Below are positions 42,126-43,047 of a stretch of 43,047 bases of DNA, piece by piece; position 1 is the first letter of the stretch; each line of letters starts with the position of its first letter. The notes under the pieces were generated by a model. That model was not told where the DNA came from and did no database searches. It worked only from the letters and a program-made list of their open reading frames with translations. The translations under genes and the position numbers were made by a program. This DNA is from Candidatus Altimarinota bacterium. Its GTDB lineage: Bacteria > Patescibacteriota > Gracilibacteria > 1-14-2-50-48-13. The stretch spans positions 1-43,047 of the forward strand of contig JBBKXV010000268.1 in the NCBI GenBank assembly GCA_037969665.1. The letters run 5' to 3'.

Positions 42126-42884
42126 TTATGCTTTCACTGATCCTCTACAGCTCCTGTCCTTACAAGCGTAAAACGCATCGTAGGGTTTTCCTGTAGCTCT
42201 TGCTGTTCCTCCTTGTACAAAACTCGTCTCTCCATGGCACTTAGGACAGCTTGGAGTGTCACCTAGGGTAGGAATACTAATACGGACAGGTTGCACCTTC
42301 TCAGGCTGCTTCACATAGGTAGGCTTTGATGCTCCACCCTTAGCAAGTCCCTTATACACATAGGCACCTAGATCAAGATGTTCTGCGCACAGTTTTCCTA
42401 GTGCATCACTTGTCGCTCCCTTCAACATATCGCCAATATCCTTATTCGTATTTCCTGCATAGCCATCTACGGTAATGCCAGTGAATCGGTATAGCGCACC
42501 GTTTTCCTCGTAGTGAAAAGGGAAAACTACAAACTCTATACCAACAACGATATGCCCTACAGCGCCATCATTTCCTTCTGTATCTTTTCGTGATGAGGGT
42601 GTTTGCCCTACAGTGAACACTTGGTAATGATTGTTTGATCCGTCACATAAGTACGTTTTCCTCCATCCACCATGTCCGAAGACTTCATTGAGTCTTTCTG
42701 TAACGTAGATGGGCTTAATGGAACTCAATCCATCAAAACGAGTACTTAATGCAGCCGCGGGTAATTCCTCCGCAAGCTTTTCCTGCATTCTCTTAGGTAA
42801 AAAATGGGTGTCTAGTGCCTTTTTCTTCTCTTCTGCGGTGAGGTTCAAATTCATAGGGTTCTGGGTGAGTGGTAGTGCCTGCAT
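42126..42884 (-). CDS. Rad52/Sak-like single-strand annealing protein with a C-terminal zinc ribbon
   Basis: SSIKPIYVTERLNEVFGHGGW resembles the Rad52/22 annealase core. C-terminal CPKC...CKDRSC. The track ORF starts at a GTG at 42926; ATGs at 42884 or 42854 are more likely, and 42854 has the AACCCT leader. Confidence 0.65.
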   Translation of the reverse strand: MQALPLTQNPMNLNLTAEEKKKALDTHFLPKRMQEKLAEELPAAALSTRFDGLSSIKPIYVTERLNEVFGHGGWRKTYLCDGSNNHYQVFTVGQTPSSRKDTEGNDGAVGHIVVGIEFVVFPFHYEENGALYRFTGITVDGYAGNTNKDIGDMLKGATSDALGKLCAEHLDLGAYVYKGLAKGGASKPTYVKQPEKVQPVRISIPTLGDTPSCPKCHGETSFVQGGTARATGKPYDAFYACKDRSCRGSVKA

Positions 42885-42960
42885 AATACTCTGGATATGG
42901 ATAGTGTAAACTATAATCGTTTGCACGTATTCATAAACTGTTTTCTTATATAACTTCCCA

Positions 42961-43047
42961 TATATTTATGTATATAATATTTATATATATATATTTATGT
43001 ATATATATTTATGTACATAATACTTAATATGTATATTTATGTATATT
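42961..43047. repeat. AT-rich iteron-like array (ATTTATGTA copies)
   Basis: ATTTATGTA(T/C) starts at 42964, 42993, 43007 and 43035 (the last equals 8..17 after closure), with a variant ATTTATAGTA at 18..27. The region is almost free of G and C. Confidence 0.7.
43028..43047. repeat. Terminal direct repeat, right copy (identical to 1..20)
   Basis: Exact 20-nt match to the window start. Confidence 0.8.

Noticed and set aside
1-43047. tRNA, rRNA or CRISPR arrays
   Set aside because: I saw no cloverleaf-compatible T-arm or acceptor pairing around the TTCGA or TTCAA-like sites I checked (6090, 35155, 35211). There are no regularly spaced 25-40 bp repeats with unique spacers.
1-43047. Stop-codon recoding or alternative genetic code
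   Set aside because: All large late genes (up to 1331 aa) are intact under the standard code.

Overview
The window looks like one complete ~43 kb tailed dsDNA phage (Caudoviricetes) genome. The first 20 nt (1..20) are identical to the last 20 nt (43028..43047), so the contig closes on itself. That overlap lies inside an AT-rich tandem-repeat region, so it is weak proof of closure. Layout: (i) AT-rich non-coding region with iteron-like repeats and palindromes (42927..43047 plus 1..333). (ii) Leftward operon 1 (6770 down to 334): membrane proteins, an XRE-type HTH regulator, unknown genes and a MoxR/CobS-like AAA+ ATPase plus vWA (CobT-like) pair, ending in an intrinsic terminator. (iii) Divergent control region 6771..6943. 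(iv) Long rightward late operon (6944..33751): candidate small terminase, large terminase, portal, scaffold-like protein, decoration-like protein, HK97-type major capsid protein, adaptor or tail proteins, a 1219-aa modular tail fibre, a six-blade Kelch-like propeller, a Gly-rich fibre, a CHAP-domain 1024-aa virion protein, a 1331-aa internal or tape-measure-like protein, and a lysis cassette (Amidase_3 endolysin, holin-like protein, two more membrane proteins). (v) Leftward operon 2 (42884 down to 33714): Rad52/Sak-like annealase, PD-(D/E)XK exonuclease, Cys-rich protein, SSB, AEP primase fused to an SF4 helicase, many small (often zinc-ribbon) early proteins, RusA-like resolvase and an HNH endonuclease. 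I saw no integrase, DNA polymerase, RNA polymerase, tRNA, CRISPR array, reverse transcriptase or stop-codon recoding. No start codon has a Shine-Dalgarno sequence in front of it. Instead, the leftward genes carry a recurrent, oriented TA-rich + ACCCCTAC (G-free) element directly upstream of the start codon, which is the most striking unexplained signal. All functional calls come from motifs read by eye plus gene order; no database or HMM search was run.
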